Assembly (NCBI GenBank): GCA_951406725.2 | Contig: OX597814.1 | Location: forward strand, 31,744,001 to 31,808,000 | DNA: 64,000 nt | Direction of reading: 5' to 3' | Origin: Octopus vulgaris | Taxonomy: Eukaryota | Part shown: positions 1 through 13,085 of the stretch, piece after piece | Layout: every line of letters begins with the position of its first letter | Numbering within the stretch: the stretch's first letter is position 1 | Notes under the pieces: model-generated | What the model was told of the DNA's origin: nothing | The model's database searches: none | What the model saw: the letters and a program-made list of their open reading frames with translations, nothing else | Position numbers and translations under genes: made by a program

Positions 1-166
1 TACCTCCCCGTCACTTAGCGGTTCGGCAAAAAGAGACCGATAGAATAAGTACTGGGCTTACAAAGAATAAGTCCCGGGGTTGATTTGCTCGACTAAAGGC
101 GGTGCTCCAGCATGGCCGCAGTCAAATGACTGAAACAAGTAAAAGAGTAAAAGAGTAAAAGAGTAA
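1..166 (+). mobile_element. SINE family A, 3' half (cut by window start)
   Basis: Matches the 3' half of full copies at 23964 and 48105; ends in GGCGGTGCTCCAGCATGGCCGCAGTCAAATGACTGAAACAAGT plus an (AAAAGAGT)n tail. Confidence 0.9.
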
Positions 167-344
167 GGCAGGTACATGTCATGAAGCTCCTTAAAAGATG
201 TCTAAATCAGGTTTAACCGATATTAAATAGAAATTGAAAAGCCATTGACCCAGGTAAGACTTAATGTACAGTAATCTTTGAAAAAGCATCTTAAAAATAA
301 ATTCAGAGTATCTTCTGGAGCTGTCAGTATGACGGCTTTATGTA

Positions 345-1535
345 TGTTATTATTCAGTTTTATTTCAAAATTTCTTGCCAATATAGAAGCAGCCGGTTTC
401 TAACCTAGATCCAAGGTTATTTTATTGGAACTTCAACATCAACAACAGAATATTTTTGCATACATGTATGTATACGTGCATATTTGTATGTTTGGTTTAT
501 ATATGTCTTCTCATGCATATTCTTGCATATCTAGACATGATCATATATATTTAAATGACAAATTCCAGGCAAGTTTTACAGAATTTTACAGTTCCAGGGA
601 TGGTTTGGATCTGTAGTCTTCGAATCAGCTTTCTCCTTTCCGATTTTGAGAAGCCTAATTTCTCAAGATTGTTATTTAAACAGTTTGTTACATATCCCAG
701 AGCCCCAATAATTACAGGTATAAACTTGAGCATGTAATCTGGATAAAGTAACTGTAGATTTCTCAATAGTTCAGCTCAGATAATCTCTATTTGACTGATC
801 TTCAGCTGTGTTTTAACATCCACTGGCCGGCTGATTTCCACAACTGTACACAGTCTCTCTTCTCTATTTCAAATCATTATATCAGGCGTATTGTGTTAAC
901 ATTTTATTGAGGTTTTCACTGAGACTTTCTACCAGTACTCCTTTTCATTATGAGTGGCTATAGCTTCTACCATCCTGTGGGTTCTTATTTCTTTGACCTC
1001 GAGTTATCCTTTCGACGGATCTCGTTACAGTGGCCTAGCTACATCATGTCTCATCGATAGATAATACAGTGATGGTGTTTTCGGACAACTACTTATGATG
1101 TACGTGATATATACGGTGTTAACAACGGCAAAGTCTGCACCAGTTTTCCGATTTAATGATTTTTCTGCACCTGTATCCCTTTTGTGCATCAAGTATTTGG
1201 TTGATATTTGCTGGATTGCAAACGCATATCCTTCAAAGTAGGAGCGAGGTAGTAATCCAGTTGATGCCCCATGTTAGACTGCTTTATGATCAATGTTACT
1301 ATCATCTCGGAGCTTTCTACTAACATATCCATGCATAACCTTCTGCTCATATACGCTCATCCTTTATCTGATGATATGTTGCCGTAGAGTCGTGTGACTT
1401 CTTTGGGCATATTTTAAGGTGATCAGACAAAGAACGCCATTCATAGAGCAGTCTTCCAAATTTTATGATGTTATCAGTTTCATATATGCAAACTTGGTTA
1501 AGGGATGCACTTCGACACTTGGTGGTTAAAAGATG
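345..1535 (-). mobile_element. R4/Dong-clade non-LTR retrotransposon, decayed 3' part (zinc knuckle, REL endonuclease, 3' UTR)
   Basis: Minus-strand translation gives FEGYAFAIQQISTKYL, CRLC...IISSCP, RHDVA, HNTPDIMI...CTVVEIS and FIPVIIGALG, with frameshifts and stops. The 3' UTR recurs at 62573-62675. Confidence 0.85.
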
Positions 1536-2851
1536 TTATATATATATATATATAGAAAAATTGGTTTCAAATTGTTTTGTATATAAAGAAAAGTAAAATT
1601 GTTTAAACGGTGGTTACTTGTTTTACATTAGAAATTGTCTTTGGGTGTCAAATTATTGTATAAGAAAAAGATAGTATAGATCTGTTATGGAAAAGAAGCA
1701 GAAGATGAAATGTTAATTTACTTCAGCTTAAAACATGTCAAATTAACTGACAGGGGATTTTCATATTCGTTACATGAATTACTTTTTGAATTTGATATTG
1801 GAAATTTAAGCGAATGTCTAACTTCTGCCGAAAGAGAATAACTGACAGAAACATTTCAGTCTGGGACCCACCAAAATATCGGAAAATATATCTTCAAAAG
1901 AAATGTCACTGTTTGCAGCTTAGCGGTTAAGCTTATTGAAAGAAATGTGCTCTCGACATATGATGTGTCACTCATCACAATTATAAAGGCAAGCCGATCC
2001 CATAACTGCACGGCATTGAATATAGTATTTCCTTTTAAAGCGATTAGATTTAAGTTTTGGGATTTCAAACTGAATCAGTCCGATACTCTAAGGTTCCGCA
2101 AAACCGAAAGGTTCTCTTCTAACGACCATAAACTTATACATAAAATATAATGTTTCTAAACGTGTGTCTTCGCAAGTTCCCTGAATGCAAATACTAAGAC
2201 AGAGGTCGTCGCCCTATTGAAGAGTGTGTATAGTTACAGAATTATGAAATTTAAGGTCATTTGAAAGCGCGCTCAGGGATATTCTGCTATATAAATCTCA
2301 TTGGTATATAAATGTACATATATTACATGTTGTTCATCTTTAGCGCCACGTTAGGATTATTCGGAAAAATCTATTATCACAAGCGTCCAACTCATTAAGC
2401 ATTATATTATTTAATATAAACTACATTTCTAAATGTAGTGAGTGTAACATGAATAGATTTGACAGCTATTTCTGACAGTTGAATTCACTTCAAAGAGGCT
2501 CGATCTTTTTCGGCTCACAGGCTATGTCTTTCTTACAAATCTTTACTTGTACATATATGTCTAAACGTTTATTATGGATATTGCTCCGCATATAGTAATT
2601 CGTGTCTACTGTGTGACTTTAAATTCACAATACTTAAATCCATATTACAAAGAAATTTCCTTGTAATACTGAATTGCACACTTATCACCGCACTATGTCT
2701 GTGTGTGTGTGTGTGTGTGTTTTAGTGAGAGGAAGCGGGGGAGAAGTAATAGGAGTATGTTTCAAAGAAGATAATATTTCCAAAATAAGGATGGCAATTT
2801 TTCTGTCAGACATAGAATATTTCCGAATGTGGTAAATGTCTTGTGTACACA

Positions 2852-2860
2852 ATAATAATA

Positions 2861-2920
<60 letters not shown>
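2852..2920. repeat. (TAA)n microsatellite
   Basis: Directly visible. Confidence 0.95.
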
Positions 2921-2921
<1 letters not shown>

Positions 2922-3779
2922 AAAATTTAACGGAAAAAGTTACAATAGTCTTGTTATCTGATTGTAAAAAATAGTTTGGAATATAACTGACATTAAGATA
3001 GAATATTGGCAAATGTATATTTACAGAGTATATGACAGAAAGATGTCTCCAGACTATTATGGCATTAAAGAAATAGACATTGGGTAGATTTTAGCGTTAA
3101 GAACAATGACAATCCAATTAAAAGGAAACTTCAAAACTTTCTTGTTGAAAACAGTTGTAATTTGTAAGAGAGGTTTCCTTTTAGCTATTTCACTGCTTCA
3201 AAGATAAAAAAAATTCAATTTTTACAATGAAATGGAATAATTCAGGTGTTGACCCTAGGGATGAATAAGCCTACAATAGGATAATGAAGAGTAAAAGATG
3301 TAACTGAATTTCCTATAGTGTATGTACAGTGATCAATCTATGAACGAAGCAGTTGAAAAAAACAGGTGTTGATAAATATATTATTTGGAGAAGAGATATG
3401 TTCAAGGAAAATGTTCTTCAAAAAATGTTGTTGGTAGTGAAAAAGAAAACATTACGTTTCAACATAGAACAGTTATATATAAAACAAAATAGATGCATCT
3501 ATATAGCAGTGTCTGAATACAACGCCAGCTCATGCTCCAGCGTTCGATCTCACCGATCGATGCCTTGAGCATGATTTTCATTTAACATCCAAGGACTGAC
3601 AAAGCCTTGTGTGTGAAATCAGGTAGATGGAAGCTTTTTTAAAAATCTGTCGTACACACACACGCACGCACGCATGAACAAGCACACACATACTCACACA
3701 CACTAGCACACACACAGTATAAGCACATGAAGTAATGTATACATGTCTATGTTATCGTGTTCCCATGCATCAAAATGAG

Positions 3780-3930
3780 AAAGGCTATTGCTACGTAATT
3801 TTATTTCCGGCTCTGTATATAAGAACACATCAAGCTGAGCTCTAAACGCCGTCATTGGATCACCGGCACAGATTTTTCGGAGTGATTTTTTCATATTCAA
3901 CTGTAGATAAAGTTTCAGTCATCTGGATCT
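3780..3930 (-). mobile_element. CR1-like LINE ORF2 C-terminal remnant
   Basis: KSLRKICAGDPMTAFRAQLDVFL...SNSL resembles PKCLRDLHGVDVGFFKTKLDLFL...ASNSL of the copy at 36460. Confidence 0.55.
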
Positions 3931-4266
3931 AGGTCAAAACTTCTACTTATTTAGACAATAACAAACTAAACATTTACGAGAGTATGGTGAGGCTTCCCAA
4001 GATGAACTTAATGCATTTTAAGCACACATTAGACTCTGATGGACTACTGCAGGAGAATTTTTGTCTCAGGTTTTGTGTAAAATTTCATCAAGCAGAAATA
4101 CTTCAAATCGCTTCAGTGATTCTCCAGACGGTGTGTTTCGACATGACTTGCTTCCTCGGTTGTAAATATCTCATCGGGAATTTGGGACTGGCTCGCAGTT
4201 TTGACATGCGTACATACATACATACATACATACATACATACATACATACATACATGCATACATACA

Positions 4267-4500
4267 TATTTCTTTACTACCCACAAGGGGTTAAACACAG
4301 AGGGGACAAACAAGGACAAGACAAACGGATAAAGTCGATTATATCGACCCCAGTGCGTAACTGGTACTTATTTAATCGACCCCGAAAGGGTGAAAGGCAA
4401 AGTCGACCTCGGCGGAATTTGAACTCAGAACGTAACGACAGACGAAATATGGCTACGCATTTCGCCCGGTGTGGTAACGATTCTGCCAGCTCGCCGCCTT
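4267..4500 (-). mobile_element. SINE family B (tRNA-derived head), inserted in (TACA)n
   Basis: Near-identical to copies at 47468, 52043 and 58104. Head GGCGGCGAGCTGGCAGAA has a B-box-like GAGTTCAAATTCC. Flanked by (TACA)n on both sides. Confidence 0.92.
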
Positions 4501-4799
4501 ACATACATACATACATATATACATACATACATACATACATACATACATACATACATACGACCAAGCGCCGTTTAGTTTTCTTGGCAGAACATTTAATTTC
4601 ACGCTGCTCCAGTACTCTCAGCTGTAAATGTGTAACCCTGCGACGGACTAGCTTTCCAATCAAAGGTTATGTTGGTCTGCTCGCCACGCCAGATTAGTGG
4701 CATCATTCGAAAATCAAAGAATGTAGCAAAGCGAGGACCAACAATGTATAACAACAACAACAACCGATAGCTTATTTGATCATTTGATATATATATATA

Positions 4800-6045
4800 C
4801 GAGGAGGTACCCAAAAGTAACAGAAGACGTCCATTGTGGGACAAGCCCTTTGCAGTTCAGACCTCCGCAGCTAGAAGCAACTTGATGCGACTCTCAGGCA
4901 TCAGTCTGCCGACTGGCATTCTTGGGTTGAGTCGTACTGTTATATGCTTTTCCCTGTTTGTCGATTTTTGCAATAGTTGAAACGAAGTAACAGCATGCTT
5001 TCGTGAAATTCTGTTTGCTGCTAGAGAAAACGGCGGCTGAAACAGTTGTCATGCTTCTATTGCTTTACAAGGATGCTGCCATGAGCAAAACATAACTTTA
5101 CGAGTGGTTTTCAAGATTTAGGTATGGTCACTTGTAGCTTGGAAAGCAGCCTCCTTCAGGGCCACAATCGACCTCTCGGACGAATGAAAACATCATAAAG
5201 ATTCATGAACTGATTTTGGAGGATAGTCACCGAACAATTGACGAACTTGTTGATATCACTAATGTATCTTGGAGCTCCTGTCAACGAAGTTTCAGCGAGG
5301 GATTGCGAATGAAAAGAGTTACAACAAAATTTGTGCCACGCTTGCTCATGCAAGATCAAAAGCAGTCACTCCTGAATGCGTGTCGGGAACTGAAAAAACT
5401 TTTGGAAGTTGATATGAACCTTTTTCTGAATGTCATTACTGGTGACGAAAGCTGGTGATACGGCTATGACCTGGAAACAGAGCAAGTCAATGGAAGCATT
5501 CAATGTTACCACGCTCCACAAAAGTGCGTCAAGTGACGTCCAGTGTTAAGACGATGCTGATTTATTCCATCGATGCGAAAGCTTTTGTCCACACAATGTT
5601 TTTTCCCTCTTGGTCAAACTGCTAATCAGACATTTTACTTAGAAGTTCTGAAGCATTTGCGAGACGCGGTGAGGTGAAAATGCCCCAATTTGTGGTAAAG
5701 TGAAGGAATTGTTTCATCACGACAATGCGCCTGCGCACACCGCCTTGAATTTCAGACAGCTTTTCCTAAAAATGTTATAACCTCGCTAACCCACCCTCGC
5801 AATTCACCCGATCTCGCTCTCTGCGAATTTTTTCTGCTTCCCCGAACAAAAAAAGTCTTTAAAGGAAAACATTTTGCAAATATGGAAGAGGTGAAGAAAA
5901 AAAAAATCGACGGAGGCGTTAAAAGGCATGACTTCACAAAAGGTTCAGGACTTCTTCAAACAGTGGAAACGCATCTGGACCGATGCGTTTCTTTCAATGG
6001 AGAACACTTTGAAGGCGATAAAAGTGTAAGCATGTAAACCTAAAT
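4800..6045 (+). mobile_element. mariner (DD34D) transposon, decayed, 3' TIR not evident
   Basis: 5' end TA|CGAGGAGGTACCCAAAAGTAAC. Translation fragments VKFCLLLEKTAAET, KFVPRLL, ITGDESW, HHDNAPAHT, NSPDLALCEFFLLP and NGEHFEGD, with several stops and frameshifts. Confidence 0.92.
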
Positions 6046-6549
6046 GAATTAAAGAATATTTAGTGTATATATTATAGGCTCTGATATTGCATTACCAACA
6101 ACAATAGAGATAATTTCTACGTATTATAGAAAACAATATACTCTTATGATATCCTTCAGTCATCTCAAATTATCGATGCTTACTTTCTGTTACCGTTCTA
6201 TTTAAATTATCAAAGCTTTTATCGCATTAAATTTCTATACTTAAATATCTTTCTGCGTGCAATAAGAAGTTGATATAATTTAATGAAGGCACGGCGAATA
6301 GCGAGAAAAATAATTCAAACGTTTGGTTTAGTATTTGAAAGGCATCAGTGTTTCAAACTTCTTATTTATGTGGAAGGAGATTTAATGTCGATCATTTAAT
6401 ATTTTTTTCAATTTGAGATCAAACGTATTTATCCAAACCTCTTCATTACAAATATTTCTAATAATCCAACCCAAATAAGGAAATATTATCTCTATATCAA
6501 TAAATTACAACGAATGTATAACTGATACTTCAAATAGCCTATTGTAATA

Positions 6550-6764
6550 TTGGGTTGTCCGTAAAGTTCTTGCCGATTTATAGTAGCTTACCTTTCGACT
6601 TACCCTCCCAGGCACCTCAATTCTGGGAAGGGGGTATTTTCAAGTTAAAGGAAAGATTGTGCAACAAAATGGTTCATATTTAGTTGATTAAAAATGTAAT
6701 GATAAGTATTTATTGACATTTTTCTTTCCTTTAAAAATCGGCACGAACTTTCCGGATAACCCAA
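6550..6764. mobile_element. mariner-type MITE
   Basis: ~30-bp TIRs TTGGGTTGTCCGTAAAGTTCTTGCCGATTT / AAATCGGCACGAACTTTCCGGATAACCCAA (3 mismatches), flanked by TA at 6548-6549 and 6765-6766. Confidence 0.88.
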
Positions 6765-7547
6765 TATATATTGTCACCCTAACAGTTGTGTAATAAGCAG
6801 TCTATTAGAAAGTAACACAAATCAAGTAAAACAGACTATGGTTCAATGAAAACATATATTGCTAGTTGTATTAATTTTCTATAATTTCCATGTTACATAA
6901 TGTACTTATAATTTTACACGCTAGTCTGAGCTGTCGAGGATCTACCTGTATGATCTCTAGGCTCTTCTATATAGCTGATATAGAATACATAAATTTAGTT
7001 TTGCACTCATCTTCCGACAATAAATTGGGCAGTTTGAAATATGTAGTGGCGAATGTTTCCTCTCTCTTGCTCCTTCACATCTACAGTAATCTGCTGGCTT
7101 GTTCGTTTGTTTTCCGTACAAATCCTACAGCTACCTCATGTTTACAACAGAAAAACAATATTCTATAAATAGATATATCTCCATATATTTTAAACAAGTG
7201 AATATCCATTAATTCTGGGAACATTGAGGCGTTTTAAGACTCTTGATATTCCCGAAACATGTAGGTAAATGTAAAGGACACGGATCTATTTACAAAGAAG
7301 TCACCTTTTACAAAGACAGAACACATCTTAGTACACACTGATGAATATATCTCCGTATAAAGAAGAAATATTGAATACAATATAAAGATTTCTCATGATT
7401 TAAATAAAATTATGACTACAAACATGCCCTACAGGAGCACAACCGAATGCCTTCATTTGAATTTGCAGCTGCATGTTCTGTGTTTGTATTGTGTTAGTTT
7501 TGTCTAGTTGTCTCCGTCTTTGTATGTGCGTTTGCGAGCGTATGTGG

Positions 7548-7594
<47 letters not shown>

Positions 7595-8093
7595 TTGCGC
7601 GTGTGTGTGTGTGTGCGTGTACGTGTGTTGTATGTAAGAATCTGTGTGTGAGCGTATGCGTGTATGAATGCGTGCGCTCGTATTCTGAGGCTTGTTGAAG
7701 AATATTAGGAATTTAGAATATTATAAAGGTTGATGAATCAGAGAGCAACACTGTGTGTGATTCATATTAATGACGTTAGACTATTAAGACTAGCAGGGAT
7801 ATAAAGTGACACTGTTCGAAAAGGAATTAAGGGGAAATAACTCCCTTGAGATATCCAAATGAAGCACAAGTGTCTAGAGGGAAGAATGAATGGAATGTGC
7901 TGATATAGCTAAAGGAAAGCAATGCAAATTATTCAGGTATGCAATGTATCAATGACAAGATGAATTAGAAATACAAATAGAATGAAATTTTCAGAGTTAC
8001 GTTTCTAATGATAGATGGCTGCATATCCATAAATAAAAAGTTACGTGTTGTTTTGCAAGTATATACAGTAGTTTACACACATACACACACAGG

Positions 8094-8157
<64 letters not shown>

Positions 8158-8345
8158 TATATATGTTTTTATGTAGAATACTTGTGTGTGTTGAATCATA
8201 TATTTGTAAATATATTTGTATAGTCATATAAATAATCTTCAATGAAGTTAATGCACCGGATATCTCAAATCTATTGCTTTTCCTCGTTCTTTTCTCGCTT
8301 TATTATATATATAAAAAAATTCTAAATAAATTTTCCCTTCTACAA

Positions 8346-8650
8346 GCAGGTTGGCACGGTTATACCTGCGTGGGTATGCAGTTCTGATAACTACAAGTTT
8401 TCGAGTTCGATTTCCAATGCTTAATACCTTAGCTAGCTGCCTTTCTCCTTATTTGCTGGTCGATTAACGCGTTGTGAGTGAAATTTGGTTGAAGAGAAAC
8501 AAAGTGGAAGAAGGTCGTCTGATTCCTTAGCGCGTCTAACGATACGCATTTTAGTATTTAGCTTGATACCTTGCGTTCTGAGATCGAATTTCAATGAGTT
8601 CGACTCTACTTTTCTTTCTTCCGAGGTAGAAAAATAAAGTAGCAGTCTAA
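8346..8650 (+). mobile_element. old diverged SINE A and SINE B remnants
   Basis: Diverged matches to TTGTGAGTGGATTTGGTAGACGGAAACTG (family A) and to GTTCTGAGTTCAAAT...GTCGACT (family B). Confidence 0.5.
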
Positions 8651-9247
8651 GGTGGTGGAGTAAAGAGACGCTAAAAAATAGAAAGGAGTGCTTTGTTCTG
8701 TGCTGAGTTCAAATCAGACTATGGTCTAATTAGGTGGTAGACTCACTTTTCTTCACACTATCACCTGTCTTGTGATTTTGACCTGGGTCCACTTTGTTGC
8801 AATTATTCTGACCCGGCCTGCGACTTGAGAATAAATTCTTCCCTCATGTAAAGTGTCAGGGGAAATGCCAATTTCTCTTGAAAACAAAAGTGCAATTCAT
8901 CGTCTGGTTAAATAATATTGTGAAGGCTTTGGGTAGATTTACAGGTATTCAGTCTATTTCAAGCATTCGCTACAGGTGCCTGGTCCGATGGTAACTTCCT
9001 TCAGTCCTTTACAAGTAATGGAGTTCCCAAGAAGTATATGCTCGCTACCCTCTTTTTATGACTCTACCAACAATAAAAGTTTTATAATTTGTATGAAATA
9101 TCAGGTCATTAAGATTGACATCTTCGATTTTCTTATGCATCAAGTTACCTCTAATGTTTTATCCTAACAATTCTTTGTTTTACATCATTGAAGACTTACA
9201 TCATCAATTTTCGAAATGCAATTCATAGTGCCTGATTATATTGTAAG

Positions 9248-9445
9248 TACGGAGATGTACTTGCATAGCAAGTGATTTGATCTGAGATCGTGTGCTGAAA
9301 GGAAAACAATTGCAGCGTGGAAGGTGTTTGTAAGCCATTTAAGAAACACACAAAAGTCGTTCGATTCACTTCAACATTTAAGTTTAATTTGTCAAAATAT
9401 TTTCGTCGCTTTGAGACCGCGACCTCTTCAAGACAAAACTCCGTG
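9248..9445 (-). mobile_element. ~198-bp non-autonomous element with a hammerhead-like motif (copy 1), nested in the mariner
   Basis: Reverse-complement match along its length to 40051-40249; termini TACGGAG...CTCCGTG. Confidence 0.85.
9388..9438 (-). ncRNA. minimal type I hammerhead ribozyme-like motif, degenerate
   Basis: Minus strand reads TTTTGTC-TTGAAGA-G-GTCGC-GGTCTCAAA-GCGAC-GAAA-ATA-TTT-TGACAAA. Confidence 0.6.
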
Positions 9446-10624
9446 CTGCATTGTTATATTGTAAGTTTTCTCTTGCAAATCAGTTTTTGTGAACCCATGC
9501 ATAGATAAAAAATTCGTGTTGTTTATGAATATGAGATCCGTCGTGGAAACAATGCATCCCTGAATGCTCGAAACATCAATAAAGTGTTTGGTGCAGACGG
9601 GGCGAATGAGCGCGCTGTACGTCGATGGTCTCAGAAGTTTCGGTCTAGTGACATTTCTTTTGAAAATCAGTTCCTTGGTAGACCAGAGACCAAGGTGAAT
9701 AATGACGAACTGGAAGCTATAGTGGAAGCGGATCCATCTCAAATTACGCGTGAGTTAGAAGCAAGGTTTGATGTATTGGACCATCTGAAACAAATCGGTA
9801 TGGCAAAGAAGATGGTCAAGTGGGCACCTCTAGAACTGAACGAACGTCAAATAACACGTCGTCTTGAAACTTTCTGTCCTTTGCTGTCACGGCATAAAAG
9901 CGAACCATTTTTGCATTGTATTGTTAGTGTGATGGAAAATGGATTCTTTTCAACAATAGCAAGCGTTCTGCACGGTGGTTGGATAGAGACGAAGTTCCAA
10001 AAGACAATCCAACAAAGAATATCCACCAAAAAAAATCTGATAATCTGATTGTGACTGTTTGGTGCTCCAGCGCTGGTGTCATCAACCACAGCTTCATGAG
10101 GCCTAGTAAGTCAATTACAGCTGATGTATACATCAACCAACTGGGTGAAACGATGTGTGAACTTGCAGTTAAACAACCGAGATTGGTCAATAGAGACAGG
10201 CCAAATCTCTTGCAAGACAATACGACCACATGAACGCTACTCAAGTTACAGGAACTGAATTTGGAAGTGCTCTGTCATCCATCATCTTCACCAGACCTTG
10301 CGCCAACTGATTATCAACTTTTTTAGGCATTAGACAAACTTTTGCAATGAAAATATTTCAAATATGATAAAGATTCAAAACAGCCTTTCGTGATTTCATC
10401 ACCTCTTGCTCTTCAGTATTATTCGCTGCCAGCATAAATAAGCTACTGATGAAATGGTAAAATGCTGTTGATAATTTAGGTGCATTCTTTGATTAAATGC
10501 ATTGCTTTTTGTTGAGATAAAGTAAAATAAACTCTCAGTTCAAAATCGGATATTTAATTCTTAATGACCTGATATATAAACGCGAACGAACTCTCTTTGT
10601 AGACATCAGCATCAGAAAATATTT

Positions 10625-10936
10625 CTTTCTAATTTTGGCACTAGTTGATCAATTTTAAGAGAAAGTGGGGCTGGTTAAGTCGACTGCAATGCGAAACTAG
10701 CAATTATCCTTAAAGGATGAAAGGCAATGTCGGCTTCAGAAGCTATTGTATTAGGGAGTGGAAGGAGTCAAAAGAAATGCTAAACAATTAAACCAAGACA
10801 ATAGCAATTCTGCCAGCTCGCCAACTATAAATCAGAAATACTTAGAGGTTTCAAATTTTGGCACAAGGCCGGTAGTTTATGAGAAAGTCGATTACATCGA
10901 CCACACTACTCGACTGGTACTTATTTTATCGACTCC
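10625..10936 (-). mobile_element. diverged SINE B-related fragments (two partial copies)
   Basis: AGGATGAAAGGCAA...TTCTGCCAGCTCGCC and AAGTCGATTACATCGACC...CTGGTACTTATTTTATCGAC match family B. Confidence 0.65.
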
Positions 10937-10959
10937 GATATAGTCAATAATAGTTGTAA

Positions 10960-12191
10960 ACTCTAATATTACACTTTCAAAAGGAATCATGGAAATGGTA
11001 TAATAACCCATAGAATCTAAATAACGTATTTCCTGAATTCAACGGAAATTGATCGAAACTTATGTCAACAAGTGATAATATTACACCATAAGCGTACTCG
11101 AATATATTTCCATCCTTCTCTTCGTCTTTCTTAACAATTATTTTATTCAGAGCATCAAAGATAAATGAGACTGTTTTATGACTCGTGCAGGATATGCGAA
11201 ACAAAATTCCACTGGATATGACATTAGTCATTCGTTGTTTGATGTTTTTTTTTTCTTGGAGGACGTGTATAACGTTGAATCCCGCGCTACTGAAAGGGAC
11301 ATGATATAGTCAATAATAGTTGTTCGGTTGGTACGTTTAAGATGAATTAAACATAGATAAAAGATGAAGTTCAACATCACCGAGCCTTGAGATAAGAAAG
11401 ATTGAGGTGGGGAGGATTCTATTTACTCTCTCATCAGCCATACTACTACAGGAATAATAGTTATTTTATTGTCCCCAAAATAAGGGAACATTCTGTCAAT
11501 TCCAGGGACGTTTGAACTTAGAACATACATTGGGGTAACTAAATATCGCAAGGCATTGTGTTTGGATATCAAGACTCTACTTCTTACAATTTTTAGAAAG
11601 CACAATCACTAACAAAACTAAAAAAAATTGCAGCAGTCCACAGTACTTGAGTGGCATTTATGTAATTTCGGTAAGTTTTGAAATCAATATTTAACAGTAT
11701 TTAGAGAATTCTGCTAAATTTACAAAATTTCAGTTTTGAGCCCACGATTTGCTACCAAAATAATTCAAAGAGCCACATTAGTTAATGCCATTTTTAGCGA
11801 CATAATACTTGAGAGAGATGGAAACGATCGTTCGTGAAGTGCTTTTGTTCATAGGCCTGCTCGGTCTTTACAAATTTTTCTTTTTCTTTACCGAAATTTG
11901 TTAATAAAAGAATGCCGGTTGTATGTAGCTTTCGGTGGCTCTGTGTCTTCCTTTATATGATTGATACAAGATTTTGAGTTTATTGTAGAGGATATTCTTT
12001 TTCTGTCCAAGTTTAATTATCATAAATGTCTTGCATCGTTGATATTTATACGATATTCGTTTATAGCATTTTGTCGTCATAGGTTTACTTACCGATGTAA
12101 ACATCGCATAATATTAGAATAGTCTGCTATCGGGAGTTTATTGCTCACAAATGTCATGCTTGTATGATAGATGGCGAGAAGGAGCTGTTTA
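10960..12191 (-). pseudogene. possible decayed ionotropic receptor (iGluR/IR)-like gene fragment, two putative exons
   Basis: Putative exon 12191-12093 (ctgcag|...cg|gtaagt) joins in phase to an exon from 11385 (tctttcttatctcaag|), giving DYSNIMRCLHRLGDVELHLL. Then, with frameshifts, NRTTIIDYIMSL...LY, FEYAYGVILSL...PLNSGNTL and SF*KCNIR, which resemble S1, pore and M3 segments. Confidence 0.33.
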
Positions 12192-13085
12192 CTGCAGACC
12201 AATAACATACTTCTACAGCTATACTTTATTGTGATAATTTCATGTCTTGTGTTATGTAGAAATACGTGGGAGGTGTGTGGAAAACAGGCTACTCATAAAG
12301 TAGAGATTCTCGGTTCGTTATTGTCAACTATAACACTAAACGTTTTACATACATTATAAATATTTATAGTGTATATCTGACTCGATAAAAGGTATAAAAG
12401 TATATTAAATTCCTAACTATTCATATATGCGATAAGATCTTATTATTAGAGATAACAGCATTGAATAACTTCCGGGCTGGTAATAATGAGATATTCCCTT
12501 TGCATGGCCTGCGGAAGGATCATAAAACCCACACAAACCATGTTGCTGAGCTACCCACGCATCGTTTTGTTATGCTAATAATGTTAGAGCTAAAAACAAA
12601 ATTATATGCACTTGCTCTTGCGAATATACGTGGCACTGTAGTAGATATCCTCTGCAATGTCAATGAGTTTGACAGTGAATATCATTTCATCAACTGAATT
12701 CTTGACGGAATGGATGCAATTCCTTTGTACCCATTGATGCAGATGTGAGTGATATATTCCGTTATGTTGATGTTGACAAAGTGAAATTGTTTATCCATCT
12801 AACCTGTTGTAAGGAGTTCATGTCCAGATATATCATGAAAAATTCTGTCCTGCCTGAAAAAAATATTGGTTCATCTCTACAGTAATAAATGCCCCTCAGA
12901 AAACCTACGTATTCCACTTCAGATAATAAGCGCATCTAGACCACTACTGCCTATACAGAAAATGTCAACCTTACAGATATTCTTATAAATTATGCATTTC
13001 AATTTGACAACACACTTTTAAACAGTTAAAAGGCGATGCAATGAATACCTTTTATGATTTAATCATTTTAATCAGTGTTAATCTA

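Larger units (their letters stand above)
9101..10572 (+). mobile_element. full-length decayed mariner transposon with both TIRs and a nested ~198-bp insertion
   Basis: TIRs TCAGGTCATTAAGA.../...TCTTAATGACCTGA with TA on both sides. Motifs VRRWSQKFRS, GRP, KWAPLEL, LLQDN and SSPDLAPTDY. Confidence 0.93.

Noticed and set aside
7217-7265. Hairpin followed by GAAACATGTA, resembling the 3' half of a hammerhead
   Set aside because: No recognisable CUGANGA box or stem I upstream.
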